From positions 11,282 through 75,281 of the forward strand of contig CAVVZG010000031.1 of the NCBI GenBank assembly GCA_963752205.1: DNA of 64,000 nt, read 5' to 3'. Both the position numbers and the translations under genes were made by a program. Shown in pieces: positions 31,335 to 41,136 of this stretch (its first letter is position 1; each line of letters opens with the position of its first letter). The notes under the pieces were generated by a model. It did no database searches, had not been told where the DNA came from, and saw nothing but the letters and a program-made list of their open reading frames with translations. The stretch is from Bryobacterales bacterium (GTDB taxonomy: Bacteria; Acidobacteriota; Terriglobia; Bryobacterales; Bryobacteraceae).

Positions 31335-32216
31335 TTAACTCCTCTGCAAGTTTTTAAAGTGGTCCGCGACGTCGCGCGGATGAGTGAGCCAGATTTTGTT
31401 ACCAAGGCTCGCCACATGCTCCAACGCCCGGCGCAAGTGCCGCAAGCGGAAAGGCTGCCCCACGATATAAGGGTGCAGCGCAATTCCAGCGACAAGCGGT
31501 TGTTGTTCCGCTTGCGCCAACATCTCTTGTAGCTGATCAATAATCATGTCAGCGAATTCCGCGGCACCCACTTTCCTCACAACGATCGCCGGAATATCGT
31601 TGATCTCTTGAGGATAGGGGATGGAGAGCAGCGGTCCGTTTGCGGTTTGTAGCCAGGTCGGCTGATCGTCGTGGCACCAGTCGAGCACATAGTCGTAGTT
31701 CGCCGCCTTCAGTAGATCAGGAGTGTCGAAGCTCTCCGAAATCCATGGCCCTAACCAGCCGCGCGGTCTCCGAAGTTCAAACTTTTCGATCGCGGCGGCC
31801 ACGTCTTCAATCAGGGCATTTTCATCAGCGCGGGCCAGCGCTGATTGACGCTCGCTGTTGGTGCGTCCATGCCCTACCACCTCATCGCCCCGCTTCCGAA
31901 ACGCATCCATGACCTCGGGACAGTAATTGTAGATTTCGGAATTGACGAGAACGGCTACCGGCAGATTAAGCCGGTCAAATTCCGCCAGCATGCGCCAGAT
32001 GCCGACTCTGTTGCCATAGTCCCGCCAGGCGTAATTCAATACATCCGGCTCAAGCCCACCTGACGGCGCAAGCTGCGCGCCCAGCCCTTCTCCAAAAGAA
32101 AAATGTTCGAGGTTCACCGCGATGTAGACGGCGAGCCCCGCGCCATTGGGCCATTTTCGGGTGGCCCTCCTGTGAATCGGCGCGTAGTCGTATCGTCCGT
32201 GTGTTCTCAGTCCCAC
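31335..32216 (-). CDS. Polysaccharide deacetylase family protein (PuuE/allantoinase-like subgroup).
   Basis: 293-aa ORF. ...VNLEHF..., DYGNRVGIWR, GDEVVGHG, HPYIVGQPFR pattern typical of NodB-fold, PuuE-like enzymes. Confidence 0.75.
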   Translation of the reverse strand: MGLRTHGRYDYAPIHRRATRKWPNGAGLAVYIAVNLEHFSFGEGLGAQLAPSGGLEPDVLNYAWRDYGNRVGIWRMLAEFDRLNLPVAVLVNSEIYNYCPEVMDAFRKRGDEVVGHGRTNSERQSALARADENALIEDVAAAIEKFELRRPRGWLGPWISESFDTPDLLKAANYDYVLDWCHDDQPTWLQTANGPLLSIPYPQEINDIPAIVVRKVGAAEFADMIIDQLQEMLAQAEQQPLVAGIALHPYIVGQPFRLRHLRRALEHVASLGNKIWLTHPRDVADHFKNLQRS

Positions 32217-32220
32217 CTTT

Positions 32221-35200
32221 TTAGAAGTCGATTCTGAGAGCTAGCTGGCCGGTGCGATTGCCGGCGTTTTCCGCAGTTTGTACGCTGGATGTTTTCCCAA
32301 AAGTATCGGGAGACGAGACATCCGTGGATGGAGGAGCAAAATTCGGATGGTTCAGCAAATTTGTAAAGGTCGCCTCGAATCGCATTCTGATGCGTTCGGT
32401 AATGGCGAAGGTCTTCGACAACCCGCCTGCTACCGTAATCGTTCCCGGCCCTTCCAGAATTCCCACCCCCGCATTGCCGACACGGCCCGCGCCAACGGGC
32501 GTTGGAGCGAAGGCGTTGATATCGAACCAGTCATCCGGCGTAGGATTGCTGATGTTTCCGTTGCCGATGCGATCCGGTCTCAGCAACGCGCCTCGCCCAA
32601 TGATATTGGTACCGCTTTGATCCTCCGACGGACTGATGGATGGCGTTAGCCACGGCCCCGTTTCGAGCATCGTAACTGTGCTGACTTGCCAGCCGCCCAG
32701 AATACCGTCTACCAGTTTTCCGGAATGCGTCAAATATGTCCGGCCCTTGCCAAAAGGCAGCTGGTACATGGCGGTAATCAGACCGCGATGACGGCGCGTT
32801 GCGTAGTCGTTGCCGCGGTTAGCCGCCAAGTCGAAACGATCGCCGATCACCGCTCCAGAACCAACCTCCGAAGACAGCGCGCTGGGAACGTCAGATCCCG
32901 CGTTTGTCAAGTTTTTTGCCCAGATGTAGCTACCTTGCAGAAACAGTCCTTTTGCCATCCGGTGGTCCACTTGGAGATTGAGCGATTGATAATTAGCGAA
33001 CCCAAGATTTTCGCGGATTCCTATCGCAGACCAGTTCCCGTAGGGCAAAAGAGCGGGGTTATATCCGGACGTACTAGGTCTTACCTGATTTTCGTCGACC
33101 ATGTTGGTGAGCCGGTAAGAATTCATGCCAATATAACTGGCGCGAACGGAATAACTGGAAGGCAGCTCGCGTTCGATCGTCACGTTCCACTGTGCTGATT
33201 GGGGGTCGCGAAACGACGTAGAAACGCCGGCCAGAAATTGCTCGCCGCCGATGAGATCGGGCGTCAGGCCTCCGTTGCCCGGGAGTGCCTGCGGAAACTG
33301 AAACCCAGGTGCGGATCCATTGCCGCCGCCGTTCACGTAGAAGCGCGCATCGGTCGTATGAATGCCGGTATCGGTCCAGGCAAGTTGTCCTAGCGATGTC
33401 ATGGTGAAAATACCAAACCCGGCGCGGAAGACCGTCTTATTTCCGAACGGCCGCCAAGCGACGCTGATCCTGGGATCGAAATTCTTCCAATAGTATTGAT
33501 GAAGGCCCTTGGGCAGGCCGACGGAACTTGCCGAGACGATGTTCGAACAGGGTAGCGACGGGTTCACGCCGGGGCACGGCGCATTGATCAGATACTTAAA
33601 CGATGCCGCGGCCGGCAAAGTCTGGTCCGGCACGATCACGTTGCCTGTTTTCAAATCGAAGTTGGTGATGTTCCCGTGCGTTTCGTCGAAGGGCGGGTCA
33701 AATTCCCAACGCATCCCGAGGTTGATGGTTAACTTGTCATTGATGCGGAATTCATCCTGCGCATAGACGCCATAGTGGTGCGCTCTCTGGTCGAGATTCG
33801 GTCCGGTTGTCGCAAAGTATCCGGTGGATGGAATTCCCAATAAGAAGTCCGCGAAGGCATTTCCACTGTAGGCGCTTCCCTGATTAAATACGAAAGATCC
33901 GAAGTCATCGGAGCCGCCGAAGTTCAGCACATCCTGATATTGAAGAGCCCGAAAATCCGCCCCGAACTTCATGCTATGCCGGCCTTTGGTCCAAGAGAGG
34001 TTGTCGGTAAATTGGTACGTCCTCGAAAAAGTATTGCCAACTTTTCCTTGCCCGACGGGGGTGAATCCTGTGCCATCGCTAAAATCGAAACTGGGAAAAG
34101 CACCCGCCTCGGGATGCTTGGTGAGATCGAGTCCCGTCAAGCCCAAAGCTTGGTCCTCAGCCGCACCATTGATGGGGAAGCTTTGATTCAACAGCCAGCG
34201 GCTGAACCCGAATCGCATTTCGTTTACCACTGATGGCCGGATTGCGTAGTTATAAGAGAGAATCATATTCTGGTCCGTCTCATTCACCGTGCGCGACGGA
34301 AGCAGCCCCTCGGACTGGAGGCTATCCAGAGACTTCCAGCTCCAGCGTCCGAAAATCTGTTGATTCTGCGTAATGTAATGATCCATCCGGATGTCATAGC
34401 CATCTGTGGTGATGGGCGTTCGCACCAAGGTTCGGTAATTGGCAAAGGTTGAGCCGCTATCGAAATTAGGCAGCGGATAAACCTGCGCCAGCAGCTTACT
34501 GCTAACGGAGCTGATACGGCCCGTCGGAATCTGATTGTTTAAGAACGGGAGCCCGGTCGTCGGATCGACAGCATCCCCTCCCGGCAACCCCGCCAGATTC
34601 CCAGTTCTCATGGCGGCAGTGGGAACCGAGAATTGCTCCAGCGTTGATCCGGGGTGGCGATTGGTCTCATAATCGCCGAAGAAGAACGTCTTGTTCCTGC
34701 CGTTATATCCGGGGACAACCACCGGCCCGCCTACGCTGCCGCCGAACGTGTTCCACACCTTGGCCTGCTTGATGTCTGAGCCATAGGTTGTCGCATCCAG
34801 GGCCGCGTTTTGAAAGTATTCAAAGAGGCTGCCGTGTAGATTGTTCGTGCCGCTCTTTGTGGTAACCGTAATGTCTCCCACCTGCGCGAACTCAGCGTTA
34901 TTGTTCACGGAAGAAACACGGAACTCAGACAATAGCTCAGATGACGGATACATGTTTTGATTCGCGCCGTTGTTGCGGACGTTGGCCGTGGAAATTCCGT
35001 CCAACGTGAAATCGATCATAGCCGGGAACCCGCCGTTGATGGTTAGGCCGCCGTTGCTATCTTGTTCCACCCCGGGAACCGCGACCAAGACGCCCAACGG
35101 ACTGGTGGTCGCACCCCGATAGTTAACCGGAAGCTGGGTTACTTCCTGGGAACCTTTGGTGTCTGAGATGGTGCCGTTCTCGGTGTTGATGACCGCTGCC

Positions 35201-35595
35201 GTGGCCGTGACCTCCACGGCCTGACTGAGCGCCGCAACGCTCAAAGTTATGTCCGCGCGCCGTTCCTGCCGTGAATCCAGAGCTACATCCGAGAGCTGAA
35301 ACGCACCGAAACCTTCTTTCCTCGCATTAATTGTGTACTTCCCGGGCTTTAGATTGAGCGCTTGATAGCCGCCTTGCGCGTTGGTCTCGATGGTGCGCGA
35401 AACGTTCTCATCGGTGTTGGTTATCTCGACCTTTGCGCCTGGTACGGCGGAATTGGAACTATCCGACACAACGCCGATGATCGATCCGAAGGTTGACTGC
35501 GCGGCGAGGTGCGGCGTCAAGAATAGGCACGGCCCCAATAAATAAAACAATACTGCACAAGACCTGGTTCTTAGTCTCACTTGTCCCCCTGGCAA
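32221..35595 (-). CDS. TonB-dependent receptor-like outer-membrane protein with an N-terminal CarboxypepD_reg domain.
   Basis: 1124-aa ORF with a signal peptide. GVVSDSSNSAVPGAKVEITN...NAQGGYQALNLKPGKYTI. C-terminal ...LALRIDF. Colinear paralog of 20221..23661. Confidence 0.85.
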   Translation of the reverse strand: MPGGQVRLRTRSCAVLFYLLGPCLFLTPHLAAQSTFGSIIGVVSDSSNSAVPGAKVEITNTDENVSRTIETNAQGGYQALNLKPGKYTINARKEGFGAFQLSDVALDSRQERRADITLSVAALSQAVEVTATAAVINTENGTISDTKGSQEVTQLPVNYRGATTSPLGVLVAVPGVEQDSNGGLTINGGFPAMIDFTLDGISTANVRNNGANQNMYPSSELLSEFRVSSVNNNAEFAQVGDITVTTKSGTNNLHGSLFEYFQNAALDATTYGSDIKQAKVWNTFGGSVGGPVVVPGYNGRNKTFFFGDYETNRHPGSTLEQFSVPTAAMRTGNLAGLPGGDAVDPTTGLPFLNNQIPTGRISSVSSKLLAQVYPLPNFDSGSTFANYRTLVRTPITTDGYDIRMDHYITQNQQIFGRWSWKSLDSLQSEGLLPSRTVNETDQNMILSYNYAIRPSVVNEMRFGFSRWLLNQSFPINGAAEDQALGLTGLDLTKHPEAGAFPSFDFSDGTGFTPVGQGKVGNTFSRTYQFTDNLSWTKGRHSMKFGADFRALQYQDVLNFGGSDDFGSFVFNQGSAYSGNAFADFLLGIPSTGYFATTGPNLDQRAHHYGVYAQDEFRINDKLTINLGMRWEFDPPFDETHGNITNFDLKTGNVIVPDQTLPAAASFKYLINAPCPGVNPSLPCSNIVSASSVGLPKGLHQYYWKNFDPRISVAWRPFGNKTVFRAGFGIFTMTSLGQLAWTDTGIHTTDARFYVNGGGNGSAPGFQFPQALPGNGGLTPDLIGGEQFLAGVSTSFRDPQSAQWNVTIERELPSSYSVRASYIGMNSYRLTNMVDENQVRPSTSGYNPALLPYGNWSAIGIRENLGFANYQSLNLQVDHRMAKGLFLQGSYIWAKNLTNAGSDVPSALSSEVGSGAVIGDRFDLAANRGNDYATRRHRGLITAMYQLPFGKGRTYLTHSGKLVDGILGGWQVSTVTMLETGPWLTPSISPSEDQSGTNIIGRGALLRPDRIGNGNISNPTPDDWFDINAFAPTPVGAGRVGNAGVGILEGPGTITVAGGLSKTFAITERIRMRFEATFTNLLNHPNFAPPSTDVSSPDTFGKTSSVQTAENAGNRTGQLALRIDF

Positions 35596-35769
35596 AATGT
35601 GTTTGGAATCAAAAAACGATCACGAACACCATCAACAGAGATGGACAGCTTAAGTGAGAGGCGGACGGGAATGCCTCGTTCAATCGAAGAAGCAACTCTA
35701 CAGCGAAAAAGCTTTACACAAAGGTTAAAACCGGGTGACAACGAAGTCAAGGCTATTTTCGGGAAAAAC

Positions 35770-36717
35770 TCACGGGGCAGGCGGCGGAACGCTTTGCGGG
35801 AACGGATGTTTCTCATCCAGGGGCCAAATGGTGAATTCGGCCAGCGCGTAGCGCTCCCGGCTTCCTTTCATTTCTTTCAGCGCGTCGTTCATCTCGAGCA
35901 AATGCGCTCGCGAGAGCGGCAGAGCGTGCTCCTCGGGCGCAAACGTCGTACCCACCGGATAATCCAGGTAAGGAGTGGTGGTCTGCTCCACGTGGCAACC
36001 GAGAATATGCGTCACCACTTTGCCGCGCGTGAAATCCACCATGCGCTGGTTGCTCTTGATAAAGGCATCCATATCACGCACGAAGACCCGCCCGGGATAA
36101 AGACTGTCCCCGGTGAAGAGAATCCCCGTCTGCCGGTCATACAGCGCGATGCTGAGCGAGTCGTGACCGGGAATCGGAATGATGTCGATTACGCGATTCC
36201 CCAAATCGATTTTTCCAATGTCCTCCGGCCACTTGGCGATAGCGAAAGCTTTCTGCAGCCCCTCTACGCTCAGCGGCACCATGGTCACGTTAGGCAGGAT
36301 CGCCATCTGGCTGTCGCCCGCTACGTGATCTTCGTGCGAGTGCGAATGGGTCACGACCAGTGGAATCGATTCGCGGTGATTGTGCCGCAGCCACCGCGAC
36401 ATCACCGCGGTGATCTCGCGCGCCGTTTCCGGATGGCCGGACCCTGTATCCTCCAACAAGGCCCGATCCTTGCCGAAGAAAAGATACAAGAACGGCTTCT
36501 CCGGATCGGTGCATCCGGATTCCCTGATGATGTACAGATCTTCGTTATATTCTTGGACCTGCCAGTCCGGAACCTCCGCGCACTTGGGGCCGCCGGAGAT
36601 CCATTTTGGGGGAAGCTGGCCGTGCCGCGCGCCCTTGTCATCTGCCTGCTGAGCCTCAACAGCAACTGTGATCAAGAAAAGAGCACTTAAAAATGAGTGT
36701 GAGAACGAAACGCGCAT
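35770..36717 (-). CDS. Secreted metallo-beta-lactamase-fold hydrolase.
   Basis: ORF 35770..36765. Start moved to M17 (ATG 36717, MRVSFSHSFLSALFLITVAVEAQ). HxHxDH motif THSHSHEDHVAGD. Later GHDS and HILGCH. Confidence 0.8.
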   Translation of the reverse strand: MRVSFSHSFLSALFLITVAVEAQQADDKGARHGQLPPKWISGGPKCAEVPDWQVQEYNEDLYIIRESGCTDPEKPFLYLFFGKDRALLEDTGSGHPETAREITAVMSRWLRHNHRESIPLVVTHSHSHEDHVAGDSQMAILPNVTMVPLSVEGLQKAFAIAKWPEDIGKIDLGNRVIDIIPIPGHDSLSIALYDRQTGILFTGDSLYPGRVFVRDMDAFIKSNQRMVDFTRGKVVTHILGCHVEQTTTPYLDYPVGTTFAPEEHALPLSRAHLLEMNDALKEMKGSRERYALAEFTIWPLDEKHPFPQSVPPPAP

Positions 36718-36803
36718 GTGCCTCCTGAAGTAACAACAAGATGAGGCAACACGGCCACGAATCACGACGGAGACTGTTGAGTCAGGTTACCATATCCGCA
36801 AGC

Positions 36804-37140
36804 TCACGGTTGAGCACTCAACCACCGCAATTTCTTGAAAGCACCGCTCACCCAGTTGCCGCTAAATCGGTCCCAGCGGCCATACCCAATCATCGCGGGA
36901 GATGTAGTCGAATTCCCTGAACGGATCATCTGCAGTTGCGCAGCCCTTAGCGCCTCGTCTTAACTCTTTCCTTGTTGCAGCTGACCATAGAACTGCTTCA
37001 TGAATTCCGACGCCCGCGAGTCATCCAGGCTCCATAATGATGCCAGAACCGAGTGTGCACCCGCGTACTGAAATGCGCGCGTCAATCCAATCAAACCTTC
37101 ACCGCCCGTTTCCTTGCCGAATGCCCACATCAGCGTGATT
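36804..37140 (-). pseudogene. 5'-truncated CHAT-domain (caspase-like protease) gene remnant abutting the tRNA-Pro 3' end.
   Basis: The minus-strand frame starting immediately next to the tRNA reads ...GKETGGEGLIGLTRAFQYAGAHSVLASLWSLDDSRASEFMKQFYGQLQQGKS*DEALRAAQLQMIRSG...SGNW. This is the typical C-terminal CHAT signature (GEGL.GL.RAF..AGA.SV.ASLW.V.D....FM..FY..L..G.SK.EALR.AQL). There is an in-frame TAA at 36960-36962 and no N-terminal part. Confidence 0.55.
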
Positions 37141-37144
37141 TTAT

Positions 37145-37221
37145 TGGTCGGGGCGGGGCGATTCGAACGCCCGACCCCCTGCGCCCAAGGCAGGTGCGCT
37201 ACCAGGCTGCGCTACGCCCCG
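37145..37221 (-). tRNA. tRNA-Pro (anticodon UGG), CCA encoded.
   Basis: The reverse complement CGGGGCG TA GCGC AGCCTGGTA GCGC A CCTGC CTTGGGC GCAGG GGGTC GGGCG TTCGAAT CGCCC CGCCCCG A CCA folds into a perfect cloverleaf (7/4/5/5-bp stems, TTCGAAT T-loop, anticodon TGG). Confidence 0.93.
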
Positions 37222-37379
37222 ACATCACTGCAGCCTCCATCTTAAACCACTTTCGAATCACGCATCCGCACGACTTTCGAATAGCGCAAAATTGCCCCTG
37301 CCAAATGGCGCTAACTCCTGTTTTCTCTGCGGCTTGACTCCTGCGCACTGACATGATAGTGTTCATCTGGAGTCTCTAC

Positions 37380-39764
37380 ATGCGCGTGTTAGCCCGCTGC
37401 GGCGGGGTCCTGGTATTGTCTTCATTATTGGTGAGCGCGCAAACCGCGCCCGCGCCCATTCCCGCCGCGTCCGAACGCAAGCTGTTGGATCAATATTGCG
37501 TCACTTGCCATAACCAGCGCCTCAAGACCGCAGGCTTGACGCTCGATCAGCTTGACCCCTCCAACGTCGCCGCCCATCCCGAGTCTTGGGAAAAGGTGGT
37601 CCGTAAACTCCGCGCCGGAATGATGCCGCCTTCGGGACTCCCTCGGCCCGCCGCCGCCGATTATGCGGCCCTCACAATTTCGCTCGAAAATGATTTGGAC
37701 CGCGCCGCCGCCGCCAAGCCGAAACTCGCCCGCCCCAGCGTCCATCGCATGAATCGCACCGAGTACGGCAACGCGATTCGCGAGTTGCTCGGTCTCGACA
37801 TCGACGTTTCCGCCTACTTGCCCGCCGACGATACCAGCTACGGCTTCGACAACGTGTCCAGCGGATTGCAAGTGTCTCCCACGCTCGTCGAAGCCTACAT
37901 CACCGCTGCCTCGAAGATCAGCCGCCTCGCGCTCGGCCACGACACCGCGCCCGCCCGCAAGGTGTATCACGTTCGTGAAGACTACTCGCAAGAAGATCAG
38001 GTCGAAGGCCTCTCCTTCGGAACCCGCGGCGGCATGCTGATCCATCATTACTTCCCAGCCGACGGCGAATACTCTATTTCCTTCGATATAGTGCGAACCA
38101 CGGTGGGTTCCTTATTTGGCGGCGATAGCGAAGACGAGCAGCTCGAAGTAACGCTCGACGGCCAGCGCTTGAAGCTTTTCAAGATCGGCGCGGGCAAAGA
38201 CATCGCACTCAACGCCCTCCACGACAAAACCGAGATCAAAGTTCCCGTAAAGGCCGGCCAGCGTACCGTTGGCGTGACTTTCATCGCCACTACCTACGTG
38301 CCCAACGTCGATTTGAACCGCCACTACCAGCGCAGCATTCTCGACGATAATCTGGTCGACGGTTTCACCTTCACGCCGCAAGTCAGCTCGGTCACCATCA
38401 TGGGCCCGTCAAACGGCAAGCGCCCCACCGACACCCCGAGCCGCAACAAAATCCTCGCGTGCCATCCCGCGAACGCGAGCGAAGAAATTCCCTGTGCCAA
38501 GCGCATCTTGACGGCGCTCGCGCGCAAAGCCTATCGCCGCACCGTCACTGATCGCGACACCGAAACGTTGCTCAGCTTCTACCAGGCCGGCCGCAACGCG
38601 GGAGACTTCGAAGACGGTATCGAACGGGCCTTGCAGTTCATACTCGCGCATCCCGAATTCGTGTTCCGCACCGAAGACGGCCCGGCCAACGTGAAGCCCG
38701 GCCAGGCCTATCGCATTAACGATCTGGAACTCGCCTCGCGCCTATCTTTCTTCTTGTGGAGCACCGTTCCCGACGAAGAGCTGATCACGCTCGCGTCCCA
38801 GGGCAAGTTGAAAGATCCGGTGGTGCTGGAGCATCAAGTCCACCGCATGCTGGCCGACCCGCGGTCTCACGAACTGATCAAGAATTTCGCCGGGCAATGG
38901 CTGGAACTGCGGACCATGCAGGGTTCCACTCCGGAAGGCGTGATCTATCCCGATTTCGACGACAACCTGCGGCAAGCCTTCCGCACCGAAGCGGAAATGT
39001 TCTTCGAAAGCATCATCCGCGAAGACCGCAACGTCATCGACTTGTTGAACGCGGATTACACTTTCGTCAACGAACGCCTCGCCCGCCACTATGGCATTCC
39101 CGGCATCTACGGCAGCCAGTTCCGCCGCGTGCCGCTCACCGGCGAACTGGATATCCGCCGCGGCCTGCTCGGTAAGGGCAGCGTGGAACTCGTCACCTCG
39201 GTGCCGGACCGCACTTCGCCCGTGCAGCGCGGCAAGTGGGTCATGATGAACATCCTGGGTACGGTCCCGCCCGATCCCCCACCAAATGTTCCCGCGCTCA
39301 AAACCAGTGGCGACAAAGCCGGTCCCGAGCAGACCATGCGCCAGCGCATGGAAGAGCATCGCGCCAACCCCGCCTGCGCCAGTTGCCATAAGATGATGGA
39401 CCCCATCGGCTTCGCGCTCGAAAACTTCGACGGCATCGGCACCTGGCGCACCAAGGAAAACGCGCAAAAAGTAGATGCGTCGAGCGTGCTCTTCGACGGC
39501 ACCAAAATCAACGGCGTCGTCGATCTGCGCAACGCGCTGCTGCGCTACTCGCCGCAATTCGTCCGCGTCTTCACGGAAAAGCTGATGATCTACGCGCTCG
39601 GCCGCGGCGTCGATTACGACGACATGCCGGTGGTGCGCTCCATCGTGCACGACGGCGAACGCAACAACTATAAGTTCTCAACGCTGGTGCTGGGCATCAT
39701 AAAGAGTGACCCGTTCCAGATGAACCGTAAACCCGACGGCGCCGTGGCCGCCGCTAGCAGGTAA
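37380..39764 (+). CDS. DUF1592/DUF1595/DUF1587/DUF1588/DUF1585-type large exported protein with cytochrome-c-like CxxCH motifs.
   Basis: ORF 37353..39764. Probable start M10 (37380, MRVLARCGGVLVLSSLLVSAQT). CVTCHNQRLKTAGLTLDQLD near the N-terminus and CASCHKMMDPIGFALENFDGIGTWR near the C-terminus are the hallmark blocks of this planctomycete/acidobacterial family. Confidence 0.85.
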   Translation: MRVLARCGGVLVLSSLLVSAQTAPAPIPAASERKLLDQYCVTCHNQRLKTAGLTLDQLDPSNVAAHPESWEKVVRKLRAGMMPPSGLPRPAAADYAALTISLENDLDRAAAAKPKLARPSVHRMNRTEYGNAIRELLGLDIDVSAYLPADDTSYGFDNVSSGLQVSPTLVEAYITAASKISRLALGHDTAPARKVYHVREDYSQEDQVEGLSFGTRGGMLIHHYFPADGEYSISFDIVRTTVGSLFGGDSEDEQLEVTLDGQRLKLFKIGAGKDIALNALHDKTEIKVPVKAGQRTVGVTFIATTYVPNVDLNRHYQRSILDDNLVDGFTFTPQVSSVTIMGPSNGKRPTDTPSRNKILACHPANASEEIPCAKRILTALARKAYRRTVTDRDTETLLSFYQAGRNAGDFEDGIERALQFILAHPEFVFRTEDGPANVKPGQAYRINDLELASRLSFFLWSTVPDEELITLASQGKLKDPVVLEHQVHRMLADPRSHELIKNFAGQWLELRTMQGSTPEGVIYPDFDDNLRQAFRTEAEMFFESIIREDRNVIDLLNADYTFVNERLARHYGIPGIYGSQFRRVPLTGELDIRRGLLGKGSVELVTSVPDRTSPVQRGKWVMMNILGTVPPDPPPNVPALKTSGDKAGPEQTMRQRMEEHRANPACASCHKMMDPIGFALENFDGIGTWRTKENAQKVDASSVLFDGTKINGVVDLRNALLRYSPQFVRVFTEKLMIYALGRGVDYDDMPVVRSIVHDGERNNYKFSTLVLGIIKSDPFQMNRKPDGAVAAASR

Positions 39765-39787
39765 TAATTAAGAAGGAAGGCGATCTC

Positions 39788-41111
39788 ATGTTCATTACTA
39801 AGAAACATCTTTCCCGGCGCGCGGTGCTGCGGGGCGCGGGCGTCACGCTGGCGCTGCCGCTACTCGATTCAATGATCCCGGCGCAGACGCCTTCCTCCAA
39901 AGTCGCGGCCCTTCCCAAGATCCCGCGCTTCGTCGGACTCTTCAATCCGCACGGCTGGGCGCCCGAATATTCCACGTTCACGAAACCCGGCGAATTCCCG
40001 TTCATACTCAAGCCCCTGCAAGACTGGAAAGATTCCATCACCATCTTCGAGGGTCTGGATGCTACGTCTTCCATGCCGCCTCCGGGCTTGACCGGCGGCG
40101 ATCACTCGCGGAGCGCCGCCGTATTTAGCGGCGTGCAGCCGCAGCAAGACCGTTAGCGATGACATCTTCCTCGGTACGACGATCGACCAGATGATCGCGC
40201 AGAAGTACGGCCAGGAGAACGCGCTGCCTTCGATCCAACTGGGCATCGAAGACCAGAGCTCTCTCGCGACCTGCCCGTGGGGTTATAGCTGCGCTTATGT
40301 AAATTCGATTTCATGGTCCGGCCCCAGCAAGCCGCTGCCGCATGAAGCCAATCCGCAGGTCGTCTTCGAGCGCCTCTTCGGCGAAGGCGGCAACGCGCAG
40401 GAACGCGCCGAGCGCAAGCTCGAAAAGGTGAGCCTGCTCGACGCCGTCACCAGCGAAGTCGCGCGCCTCAATAAGAGCCTGCCGGGCACGGACCGCACGC
40501 GCCTCAACGAATACCTCGAAGACATCCGCGAGATCGAGCGCCGCCTCAAGAACGTGGCGAAATCCAAGGACATGTCGCCCGAAGCGCAGGTGCCCTTCGG
40601 CATGCCCGAATCCTTCCAGGAACACATCAACCTCATGTGGGACATGCAGGTGCTGGCCTTCCAGGCCGACATCACGCGCGTCTCGACGCTCATGTACGCG
40701 CACGACGTCAGCATGCGCAGCTACCCAGAGTCGGGCGTCGGCAGCGCCAACCATGCGGCCTCCCATCATGGCGGCATCCCCAAGCGCCTGGAGGATTGGG
40801 CCAAGATCAACCGTTTCCACGTGCAGTGCCTGCCCTACTTCCTGAACAAGATGAAGTCGACGCCGGATGGCGACGGCAGCCTGCTCGATCACAGCCTGAT
40901 TTTCTGGGCCAGCAACATGGGCGACAGCAATCTGCACAGCCATAAGTCGGTGCCCAACATGTTCATCGGCGGCGCCTTGGGCCAGCACAAAGGCGGACGC
41001 AACATCCAGGCTTCCGGCACTACCGCGAACCTGCTGCTGACCGCGCTGCAAATGTTCGGTATCCAAAAAGAAAGCATCGGCGACAGCACTAAAGCGTTGT
41101 CTTTAAGCTAG
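39788..41111 (+). CDS. DUF1552 family protein with a Tat signal. Frame break near 40130-40152.
   Basis: ORF 39788..40156 (MFITKKHLSRRAVLRGAGVTLALPLLDSM...GGDHSRSAAVFSGVQP). It continues in the frame of ORF 40191..41111, which is open upstream as KTVSDDIFLGTTIDQMIAQKYGQ. Always the partner of DUF1592-type genes. Confidence 0.8.
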
Positions 41112-41136
41112 GAGCCTAACGTGCGAATCACATTCA

